A stretch of 64,000 nucleotides of DNA from Ophelia neglecta (Eukaryota). Of the stretch, positions 38,746 to 51,400 are shown piece after piece. The notes under the pieces are model-generated. The model did no database searches. It was given only the letters and a program-made list of their open reading frames with translations, and had not been told where the DNA came from. Position 1 is the first letter of the stretch. The number at the start of each line of letters is the position of its first letter. The DNA is taken from NCBI GenBank assembly GCA_965285935.1, contig OZ260661.1:94116001-94180000 (forward strand). The letters run 5' to 3'. Position numbers and translations under genes: made by a program.

Positions 38746-39993
38746 ATCCCAGAGTTTGATAAACCTAGACATTTTAATACTGGTAGGCTAAATTGTGACT
38801 GTCGGTAGGTCTGCTTATCCTACATATATCTATACCGCCAGCGTAAATGTCTTACCAAGAATTCGCTGGGTCGGCGTGTTTTATTTTTAAGACAAATTGT
38901 ATTTTCAAGGGTGCTATTACCAATTGCGACCAATCTAAAAGTTGGACTAATATATCAATAGGCAGGCCTATATTTTTGTTCATTGTTCGCTTTCATTGAT
39001 GAAACCGACCATGTGTCATCCTGTAACCGTCATCCTGTGATATATTCACGCAAAGGTATTCTGATTGTTTTAAACAAAGTGCCCGAACTATTCCATTGTC
39101 AAAGTGTTACATTTTTGTTATTATCTAAGTATTGCAGTAAACAGAGTAACACATTTCGACAAATTGTCCTTAATTTTCAGGTCTCCCCAATTTTTTTGCA
39201 ACAACATGCATATAGCCCTTGCAACTGTTACTTATCACTAATGGTCTCCCATGCCGGGGTGAGACCTCGGCCCATATATATTTGTTCGCCTGGTACCTCC
39301 ACCCTCGCGTTCGCCAGGTATCTCTTTTCTTGCCAATTTTAAACCTCCGCCCCTCCCAGCAGCCAGATATCTCTTCTATACCAGCGCTATTAACCCGTCC
39401 CCTCCAGCCCGCCCGCTGTTTATTCGCCCCCTCCACCCCGAAGTGATCTATCAATGTCTGCTATATTGACCAGCCAAACAACAGATAAACCTTCTCCGGT
39501 TCTCCACAGAAACCCGATCGACTTTATCCCTTTGTTGTGATGCCAGTATAATTGTGCGATGCGGCAGTACAAATTTACCTTACTCCGTGAAGGGGGGTCG
39601 AGTTACCTGAGCCGTGGCGCCGTCGAGACTTGACGCTTCCCGGGCTGGGGGGATACTTGGCTACCGCCGAGAAGAGGAGGCCTCGAGCACCAACAAAAAA
39701 CAAACCCTTTTTAAGGTGTTTGCAGTAAGTGTACAGCGATAAAGGCCTAGGCTTGTGTGACATGTGAAAAAAATCATCATGTAGCCCAATTCCAAAACGT
39801 GCGTCCAGCCATGCACAATTCGATTATTATGAAAAAGTTTTAGCTATAAGGATATACTGGGCTGCTATTAGGCTTATAGTAAAATATTGGAAAGTATTAA
39901 CTCGTGATATTGGTATACATGTATAGATGGCGCTTTGACAAATATATTTCAGCTTAATTTACACTATAGTTGGTCCTATAAATAAATTAATAA

Positions 39994-40045
39994 ATATATA
40001 TATAGAGAGACAGAAAGACAGACAGACAGAGACAGAAAGAGAGAG
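39994..40045. repeat. Compound (TA)n(GA)n(GACA)n microsatellite
   Basis: Directly visible. Confidence 0.85.
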
Positions 40046-43000
40046 TGACTTTGTCAGAGTGACCTTTAGCAGAAGGTATAAGTACAATAATAGCAGTCAG
40101 CACAAAATTTTCGAGTTAAAAAAAATATTCGCGCTTTTATAATAAAAATTCAGAAACTTTTGTGCGTTTTATCACATCATGATTTGGGCAGATAGACCAC
40201 GCATTCCAATATCTGGTCGTCCGCCTCCCCCCTTTCGGGCCGGCCAGACTCGCTGGCTCTTTGTGTGCGGATTAAGCTGCCTAAACGGGAAAACTTATGC
40301 CTCAGAATGTTTTTGTATTAATGAAACACCACGTAAAAGTGTTTGTCTTCCGATGGCGTTTTTGCCTAAAGCGAGTCGATGAATTCTGACGTGCGTCTAA
40401 GTTCCACCGAGATGTGTGCGTGCAGTGGTGTAGATTAATTGGTGGGTCTCTATAGCCTTCAATCAATATAGCGCCACTAAGCTCCTTTTAAATCCAAAAT
40501 AGGGTATTCGTAAACAAATTATTGACACACACTTTACACTCTTTCATTCCAGCCGAGGTTAATTCATATATCTTGACTGTAGTTTGATTCATTGGGATCG
40601 AGTTTCAAGACGTTGGGTGTAGGAGGATAGTGTACTCCAAGCAGTCAAAATCACACATTTAACACACGTGCTGGTTTAAGAGTCAGATTATGTTATTACT
40701 AACTGATGTGGCAGGCGTTTAATATAGTAAACAAATTACATGTTAATATAATTTTTCTTGCTGTGAGAAGCTTGCGTGATAATTGACGGGAACATGCCTT
40801 GAACACAAACTTACACGAGTATAGGGCAATAGAGTAAATATCAAGGTCTATATACCTGAAATCAACTCATAACATTGTCTATATAAGCCTAATTATATAT
40901 GTGACTTTTGCACGTATAATTGTGACGTATTTGATTAACATATTTTGAGAAGGAATAGAAAACTTCAGCTTATTGATCACCTTGGTTAGGCCTATATAGA
41001 GTATGTTAGTCACTTCCATATCCTGGAGTTTACCTGAGCAAAATGGTTCTCCGCCGGCATTACAGAAGACAATGTTATCCTTTACATTTGGAAAACACAG
41101 TAAATCCGTCAAATTGGGGCTTGTCGTTTGGGTTCAAACAATTGACCGTCACCTTATAATATTGTTAACAGTCATTTCTGAGGTCACACAGGGTAAAAAT
41201 ATCAAAAATACACCCTGATTATAATCTACACAGTTTTGTCATTATATATGGAACGACGGAACAGTAACATGTTTGTTTCCTTCAAATCTATAGTCCGTGG
41301 TCTTGTTTGGATAGAGAGATCGACGTGCTCCGGTTATCAGACGACACGCAGAATTATCAGACAGATGACTAAAGCGGCGATAATACGTGATACAACTGGA
41401 CTCGGACGCGAATTATTCACGCACCCTGATCTACGAGACCCTAAATTAACCCAGAATGTCATAGTTGTCATAATATCGTGTACAGTCGCACAATAAGTTT
41501 CCATATTGCGTGCGAATGTCAGGGAAAGCCCATATAATTTCCAGGGATATGGACGAAGCATGGCCGATACTAGTAGCAGTATTTTCATAACTGGGATTAA
41601 ATCAGTCGCCGTCGATGTATGTGAACACTTTATGGAACGAAAACGGTAAAAATATGTTTACTGAAATATTTCAATATGTTCTTAGTCAGAGAGAATTGGT
41701 AAGTTATGAAATACAAAGGAGGTTTTTGATTACCGTGGATCGATTTAACAAGGTTAAAAATAAATTCCCATTTCACATGACAAGCCAGCATTTTACAGTG
41801 ACAACTGCAGCAGACGACACCGGTCGAGTTTGGCAATAAGAATGCGAAAGGAATGCTTTACGTGTTCACTACAGAAAACATGAAGGTTGTACACTTTACG
41901 TCAGGAGAACTTCATATTTGGTATTGATTTATTTTTTTTTGTTTCGTACAAATAAAAATACATAAAATGACTAGTGTAAAAAGTAGAAGCAGCCGACACT
42001 AGGAAAGAATCAACGTCGGTATCTCACTTAGTATCTACATAGCCTATTATAGGCCTATAGGACACATATGCCTAGTTAACAGTGAAAGAGTGAACATGGA
42101 TCATTAAAAAACGAGTTTCATGGGGCAACCATCATCCATCCATGCATATAAGCCAGAAATGATATAACCGTTAATTAATTACCTACATTCTAATCACATA
42201 TAGTAAACGCGCCTTGTTGTTCGGTATTTATAATGAGAGTAAGGCCAATTGCAAGAGCAAAACAGTAATCTGGATATGAGCGTTCAGAGTTCGTATTTCC
42301 TCGAAAAGTTCTAAAAGGATTGTAGCTCCACATCGGGGAAACTTTAAGATAACGGCTGTATGATTCATGTATAAAGTGAACTGGTGAAGTGTCCAGTTTC
42401 CCATATAAATATAAACATATATACACATGCAGGCCCGTCGTATGTGCCGGTCAGAAGCTGGACCGTGCAAACCTTAATCACGTCTTTTATAAGACAGATG
42501 TCAGTAGGACATCGAGTGTGAAACACATTTGAACAGAACTGACGTTCGTTAAGCTTCTTTCAGTCGCTCGGGGATAAATCAATTAAAAATTAGGATCGAT
42601 GACTAAGAAGTTCTACGAACGAAATGACAAATTCAATTAAATAAGGTGGTCATTTTTTTGGGGCTCCACCTTTTACGTATTATAGTAATGGCAGGCACAT
42701 CGAGCGCCCCCCCCCCTCCCCACCCACGGGCCTCCCTTCGCTTTTGACCATCCGAGAACTCTGGAAACGGCAAATGCTACGGCCAGAACTTGCATCATGG
42801 AAGCCAGGATTAGGGTTAACACACATACTAGGCTTACATGTCAATGTGAAAGAATATAACTTGCTGAACGTTATAGGCCTGAATATCTAATGCTCTTCCA
42901 AATGACAGTTAAATGTCTATGAAACTGTTTGTATGCCCCATGGCGCTTAGATATGCGAGCACGTCTCATGGCAATCAAACCATTATTCATATTAAATTTA

Positions 43001-44604
43001 GCATTATGATCCGGATTTACGATTTAAATTATAGGCACAATTTACTGATTTCCAATGTTCAAGCATGTTTTGCCTTGTGGTCCTTTAGGCCTATATATAG
43101 GGCCTATTGCGGCCGAAATGTTCACATAAATAGCATATAAAGAGAGTATTTGGTGGATTATTATGCCTATTATTGGAAACAATGTCAAATCTACTCGCTG
43201 GCAATGGCCACATTTCCTTCAAGATTTGTCATATTATAGGGGACTATATCGCCAGCCGCAGCTCAGCATCACGCCCATGTGACTTAGACCGGAAACGAAC
43301 TGCGCATGTGTCACGTTAGGCTGCCACCTTCAGGAAGTCCTCAGTCGAAAATGCTCAGCAAAATGAATCAAAAGCTTTCTTTCTCGACAGCGGAGACGGA
43401 AGTTTATTGACTATATATATGACCCATGCCGTTGCTTCCTGTATATGCGTGCGCAGATTTACGGCATCCGGGCATAACTGTGACCAATTAGGGACGCTAT
43501 ATGAGCAAAATAATGCCAGCCCATATAGGCAGTGTCTTGTCGGTTGATGTCTTTAAAAAGTTATGTCGGAAGGATGGGAAGGGGGCACATCCCTTGTGAA
43601 ATGGGCGAGTTGGGTTCTTAAATCCTATGTACGGCCAGCTGCGAATGTTACGGATTGCCACCCGGTCAAGGATGTCAACTGTCGAAATGCGTTCTGAGCG
43701 CCGGGCGCAGATCATTAGGACCTAAATTGTAGAGAAACCGAAAATTTATGGCCAGCTAGGCATCCTGCTAGCACAGGAGGAGGAAGATAGGGGCCAAAGG
43801 TGCATTTCGTTTTTCTGCAGTTTGGGTCGAGGGGTCATGGCGAATCGATGAGAAACGAACATAGAAACGAACCAAAATGCAGAAGAGCGGAGACGAGCAG
43901 CTGGCAATGTACAGAGAGCACCACACACAGGTGATATCTACAACTTCCGAGATTATAACGATGGTTGGGCCATCCGGACGGGGGACTGAGTCAGTAGGGC
44001 CTAGTATAGCTGGCCAAAGATGCAGGCGATGGCGGACACCGGACAGCACCGGAAACCGCGGTATATGGCGGGAGAAATTGCCGACAATTGTTTCCCGGCG
44101 GCTTGCTAATTTAGCGCTCCTCGATTCATCACTTGCTATCATTTTCGCACCAATTGTTTATTTTTCATTTCAAGCACTAGGAAACCGAGGTGGTTTGGGC
44201 GGAACCCGGGGTGAGGATTGATGACCTTCATCCGAGATTCGTCTGTCAGTTATCCGTGCGCGGGAAACGGCAGCCGGACGCGCGCAATGACGCCTGTCTG
44301 TCGTCCGGTGACCGACGAGTGGCCTTAGATCCCTTCAGCCCTCCTCGGGACCATTATGACGGCCACTGAGCGATCTCTCACGTCTTTTGTGTCATCATTT
44401 CCTGTCGTTGATGCGTTCCTGTGCGCTTTATTTGGGCGTTTATGTCAAACTCCGGCCAACCGTCTGTTAAGATGGAAAGCTCCCCCGCCAACTTCTGATT
44501 TTCCGTTTCCTGCCGAAATGGCGCAATACGTTTTGTCCTCATCAATGGCAGTATACATCCCGAGTTAAAACAGTGGTCCTTAAACTCTAACGTTACAACA
44601 ATGG

Positions 44605-44684
44605 CTTTCAAACAAAAAATAAAATACCCTTAATTCCCCCCCCCCCCGGGGGGGGGGAAGGGTATTTTATTTTTTGTTTGAAAG
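44605..44684. repeat. 80-bp near-perfect palindrome with a C12-G10 centre
   Basis: CTTTCAAACAAAAAATAAAATACCCTT (44605-44631) is the exact reverse complement of 44658-44684. Confidence 0.95.
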
Positions 44685-45184
44685 GTTAGGGAAATAAATA
44701 TAAAAACCCCTATTGATAGGGTGATGATTAAATACGCTGCCCAGAGAGAGGCCTACTATATCTGTTAACAAAGAAGTTAAACTACTTTGACGCCAATTAG
44801 GTTAATAATGTGTTGATCATCATAAGGCTCATTGACCTAGGCTCAAAAAGATGCACACGCGGGCGTTGTAATGCTCATCTTATTTCATGTAATGATTGGG
44901 GAGCTTCGTGAATAAATGTTCTCTCTCTTTCTTTCTCTCTATCAAAGAATGAAATCGACGGGCCTGTTTTGAGACAAAGTGACTGGGTTCATCTTTAGTG
45001 CTTGGGATTGTTACTTCCGGTTTGCAGTATTGTTTGAAAAGAAGAACGAAACAACTCAAATGACACACGACGTTTCCTAAACCATTGCCGCGACGCTCGG
45101 TGAGCTGAGTTGCGAAATGTTGGCTTGCTTATTATATAAAAGGAGGCCTATAGCCTTATCAACAAATTCATTTACCTATAGCTA

Positions 45185-45696
45185 CCCCGGCCCCCACTCC
45201 GCCATTTTGATGGGTACCCATGCTTGTTCACCACTTTTGAAAACTGACCCCTATCTCAGGAAAGGCATTTAATTTTTCACCCCCTTATCTCAGGCAGTTT
45301 TTCAGGTTTTTTACCCCCCTTACTCCGGCTTGATGAAATATCACCCCCCTATTCTCAGGCTCCAAGAAGCACCTAATCCCTTTTATAGGGGGCATCAACA
45401 TGAGGTTGTTTCTCACCCACGCCCCCCCCCACCCCCACCCCACACCCATTCTCGGGTAACTTTCCAATCCTTTTCTCGACACATGCTTGTAAAAATACCT
45501 CTTTTTTCAATTTCTCGGGAAGCTGATAAAAAGAGACCCCATTTTTCAATTTCTCGGGAGAAAAAAAATGAAAATGTAGGCCTACCCCTTTTTCGGGAAT
45601 TCTCGGGCCCGAGATCAAAGCCCAAAAAGTACCCCTTTTACCGAGAAATCGTGAACGCGCATGCGGCCCCCTCAACCCAGGGAGAGGGGGGGGGGG
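45185..45696. mobile_element. Non-autonomous DNA transposon (MITE), 512 bp, CMC/EnSpm-like architecture
   Basis: Imperfect TIRs CCCCGGCCCCCACTCC / GGAGAGGGGGGGGGGG, flanked on both sides by TAGCTA. About 8 internal copies of an ACCCC(T)nTCTCRGG-like repeat. Superfamily assignment is inference. Confidence 0.75.
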
Positions 45697-47639
45697 TAGC
45701 TACTGGGAGAAGGCCATGTGTCTCTGTCATGTAAGATTTGTCTATAGGCCTATGATAGCTGGTTCAAATTGAAAATACTTTCGAAACTTATTTAGTGATT
45801 AATCGTTAGGCCTATATGCATTTATCAATGCAGGCTTATTTTTTAGTGTAACCCTCATGAGATAATTAAGCTATATTACATACCTACATTTTATAATTAA
45901 AATCGGCCAAATGGCAATGCTGTGAATTCGGAGACTATTCGTTCCGCTTGAATAACATAGAACCTTTTTAAAGGACATCAATTTTACTCTTTTTCCCTAA
46001 ACCGATCTTGCCTTCTAAACCGTTGAGGGTATATAGAACGGGACATGTCGGCAAGGTTAAAAATTCTTTTTCCATTCCAGAGATACTTAGTCCCTTACAC
46101 AGTCGCTGAGCAGAATTGTTTGAGGTAGTTGATCTATTGATCTAATGACGGAATCTATATGTCAATGCTAGCTAGCTGAAAGTATATGCAGTTAACGTGA
46201 CAGGCCCCCATAAGTATAAGCAGGCATAAGCAGGCATTAAGATATGCCTACACCGTGTTTTATTATGATGTTATATAGATGGGTGTTGACTTAACCACCT
46301 ACCCTTATCATTAGAGTTTACAAACCTGAATTGATTAAAATGACAAATCACCCTCTGATTCCCACACAACCATTAAATTTGCATAATACTCCATGAGGCG
46401 ACATGTCTGACAATTAGCAAGTACTTGAGTTTTGCTGGCGGGACCTTGAGCAATACATAGAGAAATCACAGGGTGTTCAAAGATTAATCAATGAGCGTTA
46501 ACAATATTTCAAGCTGTATTTTGCTCAGCTGTAGACTTCATAGTGATATTTAGTCCTACTCGACCTATTGGCACCTCGGTTGTTCGCTCATTTTATAATA
46601 CTATGAAGGTCCCAAAAGCAACGAGTTCGTTATAGGGCGCAGCGAAATAGAAATGCCCTCCCTTACTCGCCCTTAAATCATCTCCAGAGGCGATTATTCA
46701 TAATCTACAAATCTTCAGATGATAGATTTATCAATTTATTTACGATTTCTCCCCGTGAAGTCGGCCTCCTCGGCCGGGAGATGAGGGTGAAGCGGCTTGC
46801 CCTGTGGCACTCTCACCTTCTCGCCGAGTGTTTTCTGATGGCTTTATGATACTCGGATTTATAGACCGCGATAAAAGTCCAATGGACAGCGCCTTGTTAA
46901 CTTTTATTTATGAAATACACGATGTAAAGTCACGTTTGACAACCTCGACCCTTTCCCGTGACATAATATCACGAATAACAAGCTCTTTAACGCGATAAAA
47001 AGAAAAATGTGAACAGCAAATATATCTTAGCCGCTTCAAATGGATGATATAGTCTACTTGGTGCGATCTGCATGACAAATACGTGCATATACGTTTCCTG
47101 CCAAATTGCTGTCCAATGTATAACTTAATAGGAGGCTTCATAATCGACTCGTCAATTAAACTTGCCGTGCGGTGTAATGAGCAAGATTTATATGTAACAA
47201 ATCAGATAGAGTGTTTTTAAAAGTGTCGGTTGACAGACTCAGCTTGGCGAGTCCTTTTGTCAAGTGGGTTGGTTAAAATGTGGCACAATGAACACTCAGT
47301 GACAACCGGTGACATTCTAGAAAGTTTGTTGCAACATAAAGACAGAGATAATCAGCCGATAATAGCTCAATAATGCTCTCTGAAGATGCCACACGTCACG
47401 AGAGACAATCATTTTTATGTATGCCTCGAGAAAACCAGGGACTTAGTCAACCAATAAGACGGTGAATTGTTAAAAGGCCAGTAAATTTTAAAATCAGCCA
47501 TAGACCAGAAATAAAGAATATAGAATAGATGTAAGTAAAAATTATTTACGAATTACTTGTCCCATCCAAATTCACCTTCACCTGATCCCCACGTAATCAT
47601 AATAGCCTAGCCCTAGCCCTGAATTACCAATTGCCTGGG

Positions 47640-48200
47640 AGAGACTAGAAAGTTTGGAAAATTGTCAGAATATGTTACTCTGTTTACTACAATCCCTAAA
47701 TACTAACAAAATGTAAAACTGACAATGGGTTAGTTCTGGCACTTTGTTTCAATCAGTCATAATGCCAAAGCCATCCTTTGTATGACTAGATCTCAAAATA
47801 ATATATGGTTGACATCATTAATGAAAAGGAACAATGAAGGATTACCTACATATGTTGATACACTTTACTCCAAACTTTCAATTTGGTGGCAATTAGCAAG
47901 ACCTGCCTGAAGGCACAGTGTATAGACTATTGCCACTATTGCATATTGCGAGAGACCTGAAAGTTTGGAAAATTTTCAGAATATGTTACTCTGTCGTCTG
48001 CAGTCTTTAGATAATGGCAAAATGAAACACTTTGGCAATGGACTATTTAGGCACTTTGTCACAAACCCAAAGCCATCCTTTGTATGAATGTATCACAAAA
48101 TAACACATGGTCCGCATTTGCAATGACAGAAAAACATTAAAGAATAACATTCAATTTGATACATTAAGCTTACTCCAAACTTTCAGGTTATTTGCAATTG
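47640..48200. repeat. Diverged tandem duplication (two ~240-260 bp units, period ~311 bp), each bounded by inverted repeats
   Basis: Shared collinear blocks GAAAGTTTGGAAAATT.TCAGAATATGTTACTCTGT, GGCACTTTGT, CCAAAGCCATCCTTTGTATGA and TTACTCCAAACTTTCA. Confidence 0.85.
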
Positions 48201-48284
48201 ACAATAAAATCGGTCAGTAAGATGTTTGAAAGCTACAGGTTTTTACTGATACTTTTGCACGGTACAAATATCTTGGGAGAGTAG

Positions 48285-48460
48285 TACAGTGAAAACTGTA
48301 AATTAAGATCAACCATGTGAATGGAAGATACTGGTCGGATTATGGAGGAGGTCTGTGTGTACAGGTGATTTATAATAGAAAGTATAAAATGTGGTCTTTT
48401 TATATGTGGTGTGAATTGACAGTTGGTCTGTATATATAGATGGTCTTTAAGGCGATTTAA
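48285..48460. mobile_element. Decayed Tc1/mariner(pogo)-type MITE
   Basis: Starts TA-CAGTGAAAACTGT and carries repeated GGTC(T)..TAT..AG modules typical of such MITEs. The right TIR is eroded. Confidence 0.4.
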
Positions 48461-51400
48461 AAGCCATTTTTTGTAAAAGTTCTTGTTTTCATTCACAGAT
48501 TAATAAGTACATGAATGTTCGTCCTTTTTTGTGTGTAGGTCTTATCTCGGCACTCTCTACCACTACCGTTGCTTTATTGCTTCGGGAGTATCTCTCCATC
48601 GGGAAAGATGTTTGGAAAACGACAATGTTGCAGGCCTTGGGTGTAGGCCTACGTTCAATTTATAATATGTTCAATGTCTTCTCCATTTGTAGATGTAACA
48701 TGTTATAAATAGAGGCGAAGCCTATAGGCCAATACTGGCTGCTTGTCTAATTTTAAGCATGTGCACGAAAAAAAACACACGAATGCATGCCATGCAAAAA
48801 CTGAAGGTAACTTGGCAAATAAAAGACCCCGATAGGCTACACAACCTTGAATATTCCAATCGCTGTATAGCAAACATCTATAGGTTATAGACTTACATTA
48901 GGGTTTAGAGTTTCTGAGCGTAGGCCACGTTTACAAGATACTATATATGGCTATGAAGCGCCATCCAAACGACATGGCACGTGGTTGTGACGTGTACAGG
49001 CCTATACTTGTAGGCCTACTAGAACTTGTACACACGGAGGCTCTTATCTCGTGCATAACGGGTGTAATTTCTTTCCCAGCGCCCTTGAACATCATTTGAG
49101 ATGTGTTACGGAGGAAAGTGAACAGATTAACGGGACTATATATGTCGATCAAGTTTGTGGACATTATATCCCGCCCCTCATCTACATTATTATAAAAGCA
49201 AGCTTAGAGTGCCAGAGAATACTGTTCTCATTTTAGTGTGAACTTACTTTAATAAGCCAACTATTTGTATCTTAAGTGAAATAAGACAATGGGTTTTGGG
49301 GTCTGGGGATTATTTCGAAGCGAGTTTATTAAATTAGTTAAAAACTAATTAAGGTTTCTTTATTCCTATGCTATGTACTCTACAGAATGCACTAATAAGT
49401 TTGATAAAAGGGCCATCCACATGTCAGGAGCACAGAATGAGAGGAGGCTCAATCAATTAAATTCTCAAGCAGACGTTGATCTGCCCAATAGAATCTTATT
49501 TGAACATCATTATCTCTTGGGAACTTGCGGCAGAGGGTATGAAAGCGGGGCGGTCCAAATGGTAAATAGGCCTATTGGAGTCTGCTATATATTGAATGAA
49601 CTGGCTTTTTTTAATCGTTGACTGGACCAGGTTATATCTGTAGTTAATTTCAGTCACAAAATAAGACATATGAACAATGTTAAAGGTTAACTATAGGATG
49701 TTTATTTCTTTTACTGTCTGCCATATACAAAATACGCCTGTGTGCATATATAGGCAAACGACTGGGCTTAAGGGTATCAGCCTATACCGGCCTAGGGGCA
49801 TAGGCCTAAATGCATGCTGTAGCATGCAAATCATTTTTAAAAATCAAGATTCAATTTGTAAATTTCCGGTATGGATCGCATTTATATCTCCTAAATGTTT
49901 CTCATTGAGGCTTGGGACGTATATATTGTACGCCTATATACCTTAATATGTACGTTTGGGAGGAAATCTTAATTGGAAAATATAACCCGTATATAGCACT
50001 GTAGGGGCAAAAGAGTTGCACTCCTGCCAAATGTGTCTGGCACCCCTTCATCCTTGGTTGTGTTCAGTGAAATGCCCCCTTCCCCGTCCCCACTCTTAGA
50101 TAGGTTTACCTGCAGCATCCATCGACCGACCCGTCACATGTTCAAATAGCTCTTACATACCTCCATCCTGCTCGGATATATACGGGTGTACAATCCGAGG
50201 GATTTGTTGGCGCCTTGTCCCCTCCTCAGTCGAGATTACCCGCCTTACCTGGGCTTACCTACTTCCTGTCTGAGATAGCTTTAACACCCGCTGACAAATA
50301 CCGCAACTGCATGCTCGCTTCAATAACACAAATCCCTTCAAATATATCACAACAAACCCCCTTTTTTAGCATTGTGCCCGTACCGCTTTTTTCCAGCGCT
50401 AATCCACGTTGCAGTGTCGTCTGCCGAGGTGCTATTCCATGTGGCGCCTGCCTGCTCATCTTCTCATTAAGTTACTGACGGTTACCTGGCGCTACCTGTA
50501 ATCTGTAATCATCTGATTGCGTTGTCCGGCTTTAATTACACTGGAGGGCTGTATAGTGCTGGCGAGCGGATTCCGCCGTCTTATGTAGGCATTCTTAAAA
50601 CAGTTAATAGTACCACGTCGGGAGAGCAGGCCTAGCTGAATAATGCGACCAAATAGATCTATACCAGTCATTGGTTTGCACCAATACAGCTGACAGGTGC
50701 AGACGACATTTGAACAGTTTTCGCCATTATCCCGCCATTTCTTTGCCATATTCCGTTTAGAATAAGGAAAGCAGCTCATCTCAGCCGAAAGAAAATTGTA
50801 TCATCTCGCATCATTTGACGTAACTATGCTTTCCCATCCAACGGTTGATTATTCTGGTAAAGGTCAGGGTACGGATTGGAGCAAATGATGAGAAATTTTA
50901 CGCCATAAATATGCCCTACTGTAAAATTGTGGCAAAAGAAAGAGAATGGGGAAAGGACTGTGACTAAAGGGAATTACATGCTCAAAGATGAATATTGAAC
51001 TTTTTTATCATTCAACCATGTTCAAGGAACTCATTCCGATCTGGTTCGTTTCAATGATCTTTCTATCGTTTTACAATGTTACTAGCAAATATATTTGACT
51101 TTGATATTCAAACACAACTAGGCACAGGGGAATATTTCAAATCCCAGTTTGGCCTTACAAGCTAATACCGAATGTCAGGCCCTTGTTGAAATGAACCATT
51201 GAGTCTGAATATCCGATTATCAAAAGGCGCATTTCATACTTATATTGCATTTCTTAAAGTGTAAACTATATCGTTGTAGAACAAGACTGGTTGACGATGA
51301 AGTATGGGACTGACTGCCCCATGCTCGTATAGGGCATGTTGAAAGGGACAGCAATTCAATAGAGATGGCTGATTTGGATATACTAGCCTTTCAAAGAATT

